A stretch of 64,000 nucleotides of DNA. It comes from Hypanus sabinus. Taxonomy: Eukaryota. This document shows positions 22,401 to 31,477 of this stretch, in pieces; position 1 is the stretch's first letter; each line of letters opens with the position of its first letter. Location of the stretch: NCBI RefSeq assembly GCF_030144855.1, contig NC_082731.1, positions 26,908,001-26,972,000 of the forward strand, given 5' to 3'. Below the pieces are notes generated by a model, which saw only the letters and a list, made by a program, of their open reading frames with translations, made no database searches and had not been told where the DNA came from. The position numbers were made by a program, and so were the translations under genes.

Positions 22401-24554
22401 GATTTCAGCCTGAGGTACCGCCCCGGAAGCAAGAATATCGATGCGGATGCATTGTCTCGTCGGGAGCCGGGGGAGGAGGAGAGGGACGAGGAGTGGGAGA
22501 ATGTCCCTGCCCCTGGAGTGAAGGCGATGTGTCAGTTTGTTATCACCGTGAAGGCCGAGGGAAGAGGGAGGCTGGAACGAGCCGTGGACCATTTGGGGGT
22601 TTTTGACGACGCCATACCCCTAGTTTACTGTGACCTGACCGCTCTGGGGACTAAACAGTTGCCGGAACTGAGTCCGGGGGAAGTGGCAACTGCTCAGCAA
22701 AATGACCCGGGCATTGGCACGGTGTGGAGAGCGGTCGAGAAGGGGGATGGGGCGTTGGCTGAGAAGGCGAAACACCCATACGTGCCTCTGTTGTTGAAGG
22801 AGTGGTCTCGGTTGAAGTTAAAGAACAAAATCTTGTACCGGGTAACAACGCCTCCGGACCAACCCCGCTGTTGGCAACTGGTCCTGCCAGAGGAGTATCA
22901 CCAGACTGTACTCCAGGCCTTACATGATGATTCTGGACATTTGGGGGTGGAAAAGACATATGGATTACTCAAAGACCGGTTCTACTGGCCCCGGATGAGG
23001 GGGGACGTCGAAGAATACTGTAGGGGATGCCGTCGTTGCATCCAGAGGAAGACCCTGCCAGCGTTGGCGGCTCCACTGTCGCACTTGCAGAGTGCGGGAC
23101 CTCTGGACCTGGTATGTATGGATTTCCTGTCGATTGAGCCTGACACCAGCAACACCGCGAATGTATTAGTCATCACCGATCATTACACTCGCTATGCTCA
23201 GGCATTTCCCACCAAGGATCAGAAGGCGACGACAGTGGCGAAGGTGCTATGGGAGAAGTACTTTGTGCATTACGGCCTTCCCAGGCGAATCCATAGTGAT
23301 CAGGGGCGGGACTTTGACAGCCGCCTTATCCAGGAATTACTGACTATGCTTGGGGTTGAGAAATCCAGGACTACCCCTTACCACCCACAGGGAGATCCTC
23401 AGCCAGAGAGATTCAACAGGACCCTGTTGGATATGCTTGGGACGCTGGAGATTGGGCAGAAAAGCAGGTGGAGTCGTCATATTGGACAATTGGTTCACTG
23501 TTACAATTGTACTCGCAATGAGGCTACAGGGTATTCACCCTATTATCTGATGTTTGGGCGGGAAGCGAGGTTGCCCATTGACGTGTGTTTTGGAGGTGGA
23601 GTGGGTGAATTTCCCGGGAAGTCCCATCTAAAGTACGTGTCCGACATGAAGAGGGAGTTACAGCGGGCGTACGAGTTGGCCGAGGCGGCGGCTACCAAAC
23701 AAAATCAGCGGAATAAGATGCGGTATGATCGAAAGGTGAAGTTTGTACAATTATTACCGGGCGACCGGGTCCTTTTACGGAATTTGGGACTCCCTGGTAA
23801 GCACAAGTTGGCAGATCGATGGGCGGCCAGCCCCTATGTAATAGAGAGCCAGATGCCGAACCTGCCAGTTTACCGGGTGAAACCCGAGGATGGAAAAGGG
23901 CCTATCAAGGTACTCCATAGGAATCACCTGCTGCCACTGGGTCAAGCGGTGCAGGTGGATAAGGAGCCCGAGTGGGAGGTTACGCCCAGTACAAGGACTC
24001 TGCGAGGGAGCGGAGAACGGGAAGAGCCCGCTGCTGAAGAGCGGGGACGGGTCCCTCACTCGGGAATGGCTACCGATTCAGAGGAGGACGACTCAGATGA
24101 GTGGGTCCTGTTCCCATTCGCTAGTGCTCCAGTACCAGGAGAGGAGGCTCCTGGCCCTTCCCATACTGAATTGAGTGAGAGGAGGGAAGGTTTTGAGGGT
24201 CAGATGGAGAGGCAGCCTACATTGGTGGGAGAGAGGGTGGAATCTGAGCGTGAGCCGGAGAGATCTCGGGTGAGGGAGGACCCCTGTGAGGAAGGGGGTG
24301 CGGGTCTGTCAGGTAGACCTGGGGTGTCCGAGACAGTGGGTTCGCAGGTGACGAGGGAGCCCAGTGGGGCAGAAGGGGTATGGAGATCTCAGAGGATTAG
24401 GCGCCCCCCGGAGCGGTTGACATATGTGGTACCGGGAGAACCGAGTGTGATTTCTACTGCTCTGGGTAGTTATGTCATTGCCTTCTGCACCTGGGTTGGG
24501 TTTTGTGTGTTGCAAGAAGCTTTGGGGACCTCTAGTAATGCCATGAGGGCATGA
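19485..24554 (+). CDS. pol: Gag(C-terminal)-Pol polyprotein: CCHC knuckle, aspartic protease, RT, RNase H, integrase
   Basis: 1689 open codons; first ATG at 19611. CFNCGKEGHFRWDC (19947), LDTGSQ (20223), YLDD (21597), DASREGLGAVL, integrase HDDSGH...CRGC, MDF, HSDQG, ERFNRTL. Confidence 0.95.
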   Translation: MVKRWGLAGCWFVRVLKSGRWNCRRRSVYRGRRGCGGSTPTRMSQLFSGSLEEDKVAWTIRQAYRKGPPPSFGQLIREVREEERALGRKRGTGLRERSSAIQEVVAEWKNDKPPGSREPPLEGRDRGGTYSQGRSVQWIGSRSRPGRGGAAGSVCFNCGKEGHFRWDCERQGVPRRTSPPATKKGEVSGKLRRGSVREWTGASGGTRSQRSAGRPPGAHASVPDGLVGPRASVGLRIEGVYAKAVLDTGSQVTLLYRSFYNQHLKHLPVTPFDALQIWGVSEGDYPYDGYLSVRLEFSEGDVGVSEAIETLVLVCPDPVETGGAALLVGTNSPVVRRLLGACKEKGGEDFLETLSVHPVFRAVFEEGVASQGLDPECKRGTVWCTQARPKVIQPGEVALVMGTPRFPGVPTGEALLVDAPDDLEGETRFPAGALVRPEVQRPGVVHARRIAISVRNTTAREITFKRGMPLAHLFPVTVMSSAPVRTPNGEGSEHRRELTAEAFNFGDSPVSPEWKRRLVEKMLKMEAVFSRGEFDVGCSKSTRHTIRVTEDTPFRERSRRLAPADVEDVRQHLCKLKEAGIIAESRSPYASPIVVARKKNGRVRMCVDYRTLNRRTVPDQYTVPRVEDALACLSGAKWFSVLDLRSGYYQIPMSAADKEKTAFICPLGFFQFERMPQGISGAPATFQRLMERTVGDMNLLEVLVYLDDLIVFGSTLEEHEERLLKVLGRLNEEGLKLSLDKCQFCKSSVNYIGHIISREGVATDPTKIEAVTTWPRPQKVGALRSFLGFCGYYRRFVKGYAKVCHPLTQLLCGYPPVGKKRTGNQRQEAGGYWNPAEPFGSRWDDQCEEAFRSLKRALTQAPVLAFADPQKPYVLHTDASREGLGAVLYQEHGKALRPVAFVSRSLSPSERNYPTHKLEFLALKWAVVDKLGDYLYGAKFEVRTDNNPLTYILTSAKLDATGHRWLAALSVYDFSLRYRPGSKNIDADALSRREPGEEERDEEWENVPAPGVKAMCQFVITVKAEGRGRLERAVDHLGVFDDAIPLVYCDLTALGTKQLPELSPGEVATAQQNDPGIGTVWRAVEKGDGALAEKAKHPYVPLLLKEWSRLKLKNKILYRVTTPPDQPRCWQLVLPEEYHQTVLQALHDDSGHLGVEKTYGLLKDRFYWPRMRGDVEEYCRGCRRCIQRKTLPALAAPLSHLQSAGPLDLVCMDFLSIEPDTSNTANVLVITDHYTRYAQAFPTKDQKATTVAKVLWEKYFVHYGLPRRIHSDQGRDFDSRLIQELLTMLGVEKSRTTPYHPQGDPQPERFNRTLLDMLGTLEIGQKSRWSRHIGQLVHCYNCTRNEATGYSPYYLMFGREARLPIDVCFGGGVGEFPGKSHLKYVSDMKRELQRAYELAEAAATKQNQRNKMRYDRKVKFVQLLPGDRVLLRNLGLPGKHKLADRWAASPYVIESQMPNLPVYRVKPEDGKGPIKVLHRNHLLPLGQAVQVDKEPEWEVTPSTRTLRGSGEREEPAAEERGRVPHSGMATDSEEDDSDEWVLFPFASAPVPGEEAPGPSHTELSERREGFEGQMERQPTLVGERVESEREPERSRVREDPCEEGGAGLSGRPGVSETVGSQVTREPSGAEGVWRSQRIRRPPERLTYVVPGEPSVISTALGSYVIAFCTWVGFCVLQEALGTSSNAMRA

Positions 24555-24575
24555 CATTTGCTGGTGGGGAGAGAA

Positions 24576-25174
24576 TGTACAATGTCCTGGGTATGTTACT
24601 CAAAATGGCCTCTTTGGTTTGTTACAAGTAGGAATGTTTCTTTGTCGGATAAGTGTTTCTCTAGCCGTTGTTTCACTTTAGAATGGCTGATATGGTAATT
24701 GTATTCATTTGTTAATCAATGGGGAATGTCATTGTGTCTTGTGATGCTGGGAACTTGGGGGAGGGGTTTTTTCGCGGGTTTTTTGAGAGAGGCCGAGGAA
24801 GACATGGAAGAAGGTGGACGTGTGCTGGACTGCTCGTAAGACCACCGGGGTGGTCCCAGGTGCGACGGCCGGATGGGTCGATTGGTTCGTTGATTGAGCT
24901 CCAACGAGTGCACTAAACAGACTGAACTTTGATAAGTGGCGCCTTTTGTTTTTTTTCCTTGTGTATATATATTGTATTGCTTACTACTCTTTTTAATTTT
25001 AGTAAACTCTTTAAAGTGTATTTCATAACGGTATTTGTTGTGGATTTGATACTGTTGGCGGGCTCGAGGCGTAAACTCGATTCTCACAGCACCTGCGTGT
25101 ACGGGAGGTGGGTTGGAGAGTGGCTGGATCCCTTTTTCCCCTAGACATATACCAGCCTGTGGGTAAGTGTTACA
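24576..25174 (+). repeat. 3' LTR (599 bp) of the young Gypsy
   Basis: Starts TGTACAATGTCCTGGG directly after the PPT, ends GTGTTACA, followed by the TSD. Start resembles the LTRs at 37610 and 44839. Confidence 0.9.
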
Positions 25175-26075
25175 ATTGTATTACGTTTGATTGGATTTAA
25201 TAGCCTATTGAAATTAAAAGCAATGAATTTTACTTTGTCCTTAGCCATCTGTATTTATCCATCAATGTATCCTTGAAATTAGCAGAATAAAACTTAATCG
25301 ATCTTGTCCCTGAACAAATAAGAAATAAGAAACGCAAATAATAACAAAAATGGCAACGAACGTGTGATTCCAAAGCTGAGGTCTCCAGTAGATGACCCTG
25401 CACTGAGCTAGAGGAAATGCCTAGCTGTCGGGGATAACACCTCCTACTTGTGAGTTGAGGGCCCCCATTGCAGCATTCATAAATGTCAGTGAACAAATCC
25501 ATTACACAAAAAATATTTCTCTGTATACTCCTCCTGCATATACACACACACACACACACATATATATATTCTCATTTTGGTGGGGAAAAAGAGTAAGTGA
25601 GTGAATAAAGAAGAACAACTAAGTAATATAAAATCCACATTATAATAAGTATTTTTCGAGATAGGCATATCACCGCCTACTTTTGCTTCCGTTTAGCTTC
25701 TCAACTTTTTTAAAGTTAGCCAGACCTTAAGGCTCTTCTGGAGGGGATGAGGGCTGTCTTTGGAAAATTCTCAGTCTCTTCCTGATATACTCTCGGTTCC
25801 TCCCGTCTCCTGTCTTCTCGATTCTCACACTATTTCCCAAGCGAAGTGGGATAATTCCTCTGCCAGGCTTTCCCTCGGTTTGATCACGCTGACGGACAAC
25901 CCTCTGGCCTTCATGTCTGTAGTCTCCTCTTCCACTATCTGGTACAACCGCGTTTCTTCTTCATAAAACACTCGAAGTTTAGCAGGGTACGGAGTTTGAA
26001 ATCTAGTTTTTCTTTGCTTTAATATTTAATGTTCAGTATCAGGAGGACTGTGACTGAAGCAGTCACTACTCCAAT
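25175..26075 (-). mobile_element. L1 continuation: ORF2 start, inter-ORF spacer, ORF1 C-terminus
   Basis: Minus strand MAKDKVKFIAFNFNRLLNPIKRNT joins ILCKMRKEQAHVVYLPETHL across the Gypsy. ORF1 motif RFQTPYPAKLRVF at ~25970-26010. Confidence 0.85.
25543..25570. repeat. (CA)n(TA)n microsatellite in the L1 spacer
   Basis: ACACACACACACACACACATATATATAT. Confidence 0.9.
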
Positions 26076-26770
26076 CCCATTGATTCATTGGTCTGTTAAA
26101 CACCCAGAATCAGAATCAAAATAAGGTTTATTATCACCAGCATGTGTCATGAAATTTGTTAACTTAGCAGCAGCATTTCAATGTAATATTTAATATGCAA
26201 AGAAACAGCGAACATTACAACACAGAGCTAGGCCATTTAGCCCTTCTTGGCTGCGCTGAACAATTTTTCTGCCTAGTCCCACTGACCTGCACCTGGACCA
26301 TACCCCTCCATGCATCTCTCATCCATGTACCTGTCCAAGGTTTTCTTAAATGTTAAAAGTGAGCATACATTTACCTCTTCATCTGGCAGCTAATTCCACA
26401 CACTCACCACTCTCTGTGTGAAGAAGCTCCCCATGTTCCCTTTAAACTTTTCTGCCTTTACTCTTAACCCATATCCTCTGGTGTTTTTCTCCCCTAACCT
26501 CTGTGGAGAAAGCCTGCTTGCATTCACTCTCTCTATACCCATCATAATTTTATATGCCTCTATCAAGTCTCCCCTCATTCTTCTACGCTCCTGGGAATAA
26601 AGACCTTACCTATTCAAACTTTCTCTGTAACTCAGTTTCTCAAGACAAGGAAATGTCCTTGTAAACCTTCTCTGCACTCTTTCAACCTTATTAGTATCCT
26701 TCCTGTCATTTGGTGAGAAAAACTGCACACAATGCTCCAAATTTGGCCTCACCAATGCTTTATACAACCT

Positions 26771-27008
26771 TGTAGCGGTGTGCTACATGCAGCGCTGAAA
26801 TAACGACACGTGTTCGATGAGCTGCAGTTGCAAAAAAGATTTATTTGAAATTCGCAGCCTCGCTTTAAAGCCTTCCTGATCCTGCCCTCCTCGGGCGGGA
26901 ATGCTGTAGGGGTTGCGTATTCAGAGTCCTGCCCCGCGCGGGGGCTTTGCTGGTGAAGCAGACTTGGGCCCTTTTTGGGACTGGCCTCAATAACCATAAG
27001 ATTATATA
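26771..27008 (-). mobile_element. CpG-rich LTR-like insert inside the CR1
   Basis: Interrupts CR1 TTATACAACCT/CACCATAAC. Minus strand has TTTAAA then AATAAA and ends GCTACA. No TSD seen. Confidence 0.45.
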
Positions 27009-28090
27009 CACCATAACATTCAAACTCTTATACTCAATACTTTGATTTATAAAGGATTTATAATGTACTAAAAGCTCTCTTTACTACCCTATCTACCAGT
27101 GATGCCTCTTTTCGGGAATTTTGTATCTGTATTCCCAGATCCCTCTGTTCTACTGCACTCCTCAGTGCCCTACCATTTACCTTGTTTGTTCTACATTGGT
27201 TTGTACTTCTAAAGTGCAATAACTCACACTTGTCTGTATTAAACTCCATCTGCCATTTTTTTCAGCCCATTTTTCCAGCTGGTCCAAATCCATCTGCAAG
27301 CTTTAAAAACCTTCCTCACTGTCCACTACGCCTCCAGTCTTTGTATCGTCTGCAAATTTGCTGATCCAATTTACCACATTATCATCCAGATCACTGATAT
27401 AGATGACAAATAACAATGGACCCAGCACTGATCCCTGTGGCACACCACTAGTCATTGGCCTCCACTCAGAGAAGCAATCCTCCACTAACACTCTCTGACT
27501 TCTCCCAATGAGCCAACGTCTAATCCAACTTACTACCTCACCATGTATACCTGGTGACTGAATCTTCCTAAAGAACATCCCATGCGGGACCCTGCCAAAT
27601 GCCTTACTGAAATCCACATAGACAACATCTACTGCCTTCCCTTCATCCACTTTCCTGGTAACCTCCTCGAAAAACTCTAATAAATTTGTTAAGCATAACC
27701 TACGATGCACAAAGCCATGTTGACTCTCCTTAATAAGTCCCTGTCTATCCAAATACTTGTCGATCCTATCTCTTAGTACTCCTTCCAATAATTTACCTGG
27801 AACCAACATCAAACTTAATGGCTTATAATTTCCCAGATTACTTTTAGAGCAGTTTTAAACAATGGAAGAATATGAGCTGTCCTCCAATCCTCCGGCACCT
27901 CACCCATAGATACCGACATTTTAAATATATCTGCATGGGCCCCTGCAATTTCAACACTTGTCTCCTTCAAGGTCCAAAGGAATACCCTGTCAGGTCCTTT
28001 GGATTTATCTACTCTGATTTGCCTCAAGATAGCAAGCACCTCCTCCTCTTCAATCAGTGTACGTTCCATGACCTCACTACCTGTTTGCCT

Positions 28091-28917
28091 TATAGAAACA
28101 TAGAAAATAGGTGCAGGAGTAGGCCATTCAGCCCGAGCCTGCACCACCATTCAGTATCGTCATGGCTGATCATCCAACTCAGAACCCTGTACCTGCTTTC
28201 TCTCCATACCCCCTAATCCCTTTAACCACAAGGGCCATATCCAACTTCCTCTTAAATATAGCCAATGAACCAGCCTCAACTGTTTCCTGTGGCAGAGAAT
28301 TCCTCAGATTCACCACCCTCTGTGTGAAGAAGTTTTCCCTCATCTCGGTCCTAAAAGGCTTCCCTTTATCCTTAAACTGTGACCCCTCGTTCTGGACTTC
28401 CCCAACATCAGAAACAATCTTCCTGCATCTAGCCTGTCCAATCCCTTTAGAATTTTATACATTTCAATAAGATCCCCCCTCAATCTTCTAAATTCCAGTG
28501 AGTATAAGCCTAGTTGATCCAGTCTTTCTTCATATGAAAGTCCGGCCATCCCAGGAATCAATCTGGTGAACCTTCTCTGTACTGCCTCTATGGCAAGAAT
28601 GTCTTTCCTCAGATTAGGGGACCAAAACTGCACACGATATTCTAGGTGCGGCCTTGTACAACTGCAGTAGAACCTCCCTGCTCCTGTACTCAAATCCTTT
28701 TGCTATGAATGCCAACTTACCATTTGCCTTTTTCACCGCCTGCTGTACCTACATGCCCACCTTCAATGACTGGTGTACAATGACACCCAGGTCTTGTTGG
28801 ATCTCTCCTTTTCCTAATCGGCTACCGTTCAGATAATAATCTGTTTTCCTGTTCTTGCAACCAAAGTGGATAACCTGACATTTATCCACATTAAATTGCA
28901 TCTACTATGAATTTGCC
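28091..28917 (-). mobile_element. Younger CR1 3' fragment nested in the older CR1
   Basis: Tail ATAGAAACATAGAAAATAGG; PHLEYRVQFWSPNLRKDILAIEAVQRRFTRLIPGM; host CR1 resumes at ~28918. Confidence 0.85.
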
Positions 28918-31477
28918 ATTTATTTCCAATGTCTCCATGCTTGTTTACTTAGTAAATACAGATGCAAAACCTATTTAAGATCTCCACCATTTCTTTAGGT
29001 TCCATACATAGCTGACCACTCTGATCTTCATGAGGACCAAATTTATCCCTTACTATCATTTTGTTCTTAATATATCTGTAGAAGCTCTTTGGTTTATCCT
29101 TCATCATGACTGCCAAAGTATTTTTTTGCACTTTTTATACTCCTCAAGCATTTTATTTTCTCACCATTCCATATACATGTCATCCATCTTTCTCTTCTTC
29201 TTTATCAGATTTCCAATATCCCTTGAGAACCAAGGTTCCTTATCCTTATTCACTTTGCCTTTAATCCTGTCAGGAACATACAAACGCTGCACTCTCAAAA
29301 TTTCTCCTTTGAAGGCCTCCCACTTACCAATCACATCTTTGCCAGAGAACAACCTGTCCCAATCAGCACTTTTTAGATCCTTTCTCAACCCGAGGTTTAG
29401 AACCTCAACCCGAGGACCAGATCTATCTTTTTCCATGATCAAGTAGAAACTAATGGTGTTTTGATCACTGGAACTAAAGTGTTCCCCTACACACACTTCC
29501 TTCACTTGTCCTAACTCATTTCCTAATAGGAGATCTAATATTGCATCCTCTCTAGTTGGTACCTTTATATAGTGATTTAGAAAACTTTCCTGAACACATT
29601 TTACAAACTGTAACTTGTCTAGACATTTAACAGTATGGGAGTCCCAATCAATACGTGGAAAATTAAAATCCACTGCTATCACAACTTTACGTTTCTTGCG
29701 GTCGTCTGCTATCTCTCAGCAGATTTGCTCCTCCAATTCTTGCTGACTATTGGGTGGTCTATAATACAACTCCATTAATGTGGTCATACCTTTCCTGTTT
29801 CTCAGCTCCACGCATATGGCCTCTGTAGACAACCCCTCTAATCTGTCCTGACTGAGCACTGCTGTAACATTTTCCCAGGCTAGCAATGCCATTCCCCACT
29901 CACCCTTCATTCCTCTGTCTCTATCATGTCTGAAACATCAGAACCCTGGAACTTTAAGCTGCCAGTCCTGCCCCTCCTGTAGCCAAGTTTCACTAATGCC
30001 TATAATATTGTAATTCCATCTGTGAATCCATGCCCTCAGCTCGTCAGCCTTCCCTACAATACTCCTTGCATTGAAATAGACACACCTCAGATTATTAATA
30101 CCACCTACAATCCTTCTATTTGTCACTTTGCATGAACTTTTAACATCATTTATTTTCACCCCCACTCCACTATCTACTCTGGCACTCTGGTTCCCATCCC
30201 CCTGCAAATCTAGTTTAAACCCTCCCCAATAGCATGAAGAAACCTCCCTGCAAGGATATTAGTCCCCTTGTAGTTCAGGTGTAACCCATCTCTCTTGTAC
30301 ATATCCTACCTGCCCCAGAATAGGTCCCAATGATCCTGAAATCTGAAACCCTGCACACTATACCAGTTCCTCAGCCACGTGTTCATCCACCAGAGCATCC
30401 TATACTTACCGTCACTGGCACATGGCACAGGTAGCAATCCTGAGATTACCACCCTCGAGGTCCTGCTTTTTAACTTCCTACCGAGCTCTCTATACTCACT
30501 CTTCAGGACCTCCTCACTCTTTCTTCTTATGTCATTTGTACAAATGTGTACCATGACATCTGGCTGCTCACCCACCCACTTCAGAATGCTGTGCACGCGA
30601 TCAGAGACATCCCTGACCCTGGCACCCGGGAGGCAACAAACCATCCGGCTGTCTGACCACAGAACCTCCTGTCTGTATCTCTAACTATTGAGTCCCCTAT
30701 CACTACCACTCCCCTCTTCTTCCACCCTCCTTTCTGCACTGCAGAACTAGGCTTAGTGCCAGAGATCCGGCTGCTGCAGCTTGTCCCAGGTAGGTCATCC
30801 CCCCAACAGTATCCAAATCAGTATACTTTTTGTTGAGTGGAATGGCCACAGGGGATCCCTGCTCTGCCTTCCCTTGCCTGATGGTAACCCAATTACCTGT
30901 GCATTGTTCCTTTTGTGTAACTACCTCCCTGAAACTACTATCTATTAACACCTCATTCTCCTGAATGATCCGGAGGTCATCCAGCTCCTGCTCTAGTTCC
31001 CTAATGCAGTTTGTTAGGAGCTGCAGCTGGATGCACTTCTTGCAGGTGTCGTTGTCAGGGACACCAGAGGTCTCCCTGACTACCCACATCCTGCAAGAGG
31101 AGCATTCCAACTTCCTGCCTGGCATTCTCTCTACTCTAAATAAACAAAACTTACCAGAACCTACCCTCGCCTCTGCCTGTTCACACCAAAGCCTGTTGAG
31201 CCAAAGCAATCCCAATCTGCTCCCTCTCACTGTGCTGTCCGCTGTATATGGTGGTCTTTTTTTAAACCTTTGGTGCTCTATGTCACATGGCTGTGCAGTC
31301 TAGCCTCTTTTTCCCGAGCAGTATAAAAAAAACTTCTCTCCGAGATTCCTTTACTCTTTTAGTCTCAACCTCTTGCTTCGATTTAAAAAGGACCATTGAA
31401 AATTCCTCTCCTTTTTAAACCTTTGGCGCTTTACATCATGCACCTACGCACTCTAGCCTCTTTCCCCCGAACAGTGT

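Larger units (their letters stand above)
19402..25174 (+). mobile_element. Young Ty3/Gypsy LTR retrotransposon (PNMA-type gag lineage), 5' LTR deleted
   Basis: TG...CA termini. TSD ATTG at 19398-19401 and 25175-25178. PPT GGTGGGGAGAGAA at 24563-24575. Domain order PR-RT-RH-IN. Confidence 0.93.
26205..31476 (-). mobile_element. Near full-length decayed CR1 LINE: 5' UTR, ORF1 (Cys-rich plus SGNH), ORF2 (APE-RT), tail
   Basis: ORF1 CSSCRMW...CKKC and MVCCLPGARVRDVSDRV...SRVVISGLLPVP. ORF2 YFNARSIVGKADEL, GISETWL, GVPQGSVLGPLLFVIYISDLD, FADDTK. Confidence 0.88.

Noticed and set aside
20336-22592. Long minus-strand ORFs (297, 229, 133 aa) opposite the Gypsy pol
   Set aside because: Expected antisense frames of GC-rich coding sequence; no recognisable domains.
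24716-25087. ORFs inside the 3' LTR as a possible env or accessory gene
   Set aside because: They lie wholly within the LTR after the PPT, with no signal peptide or env-like features.
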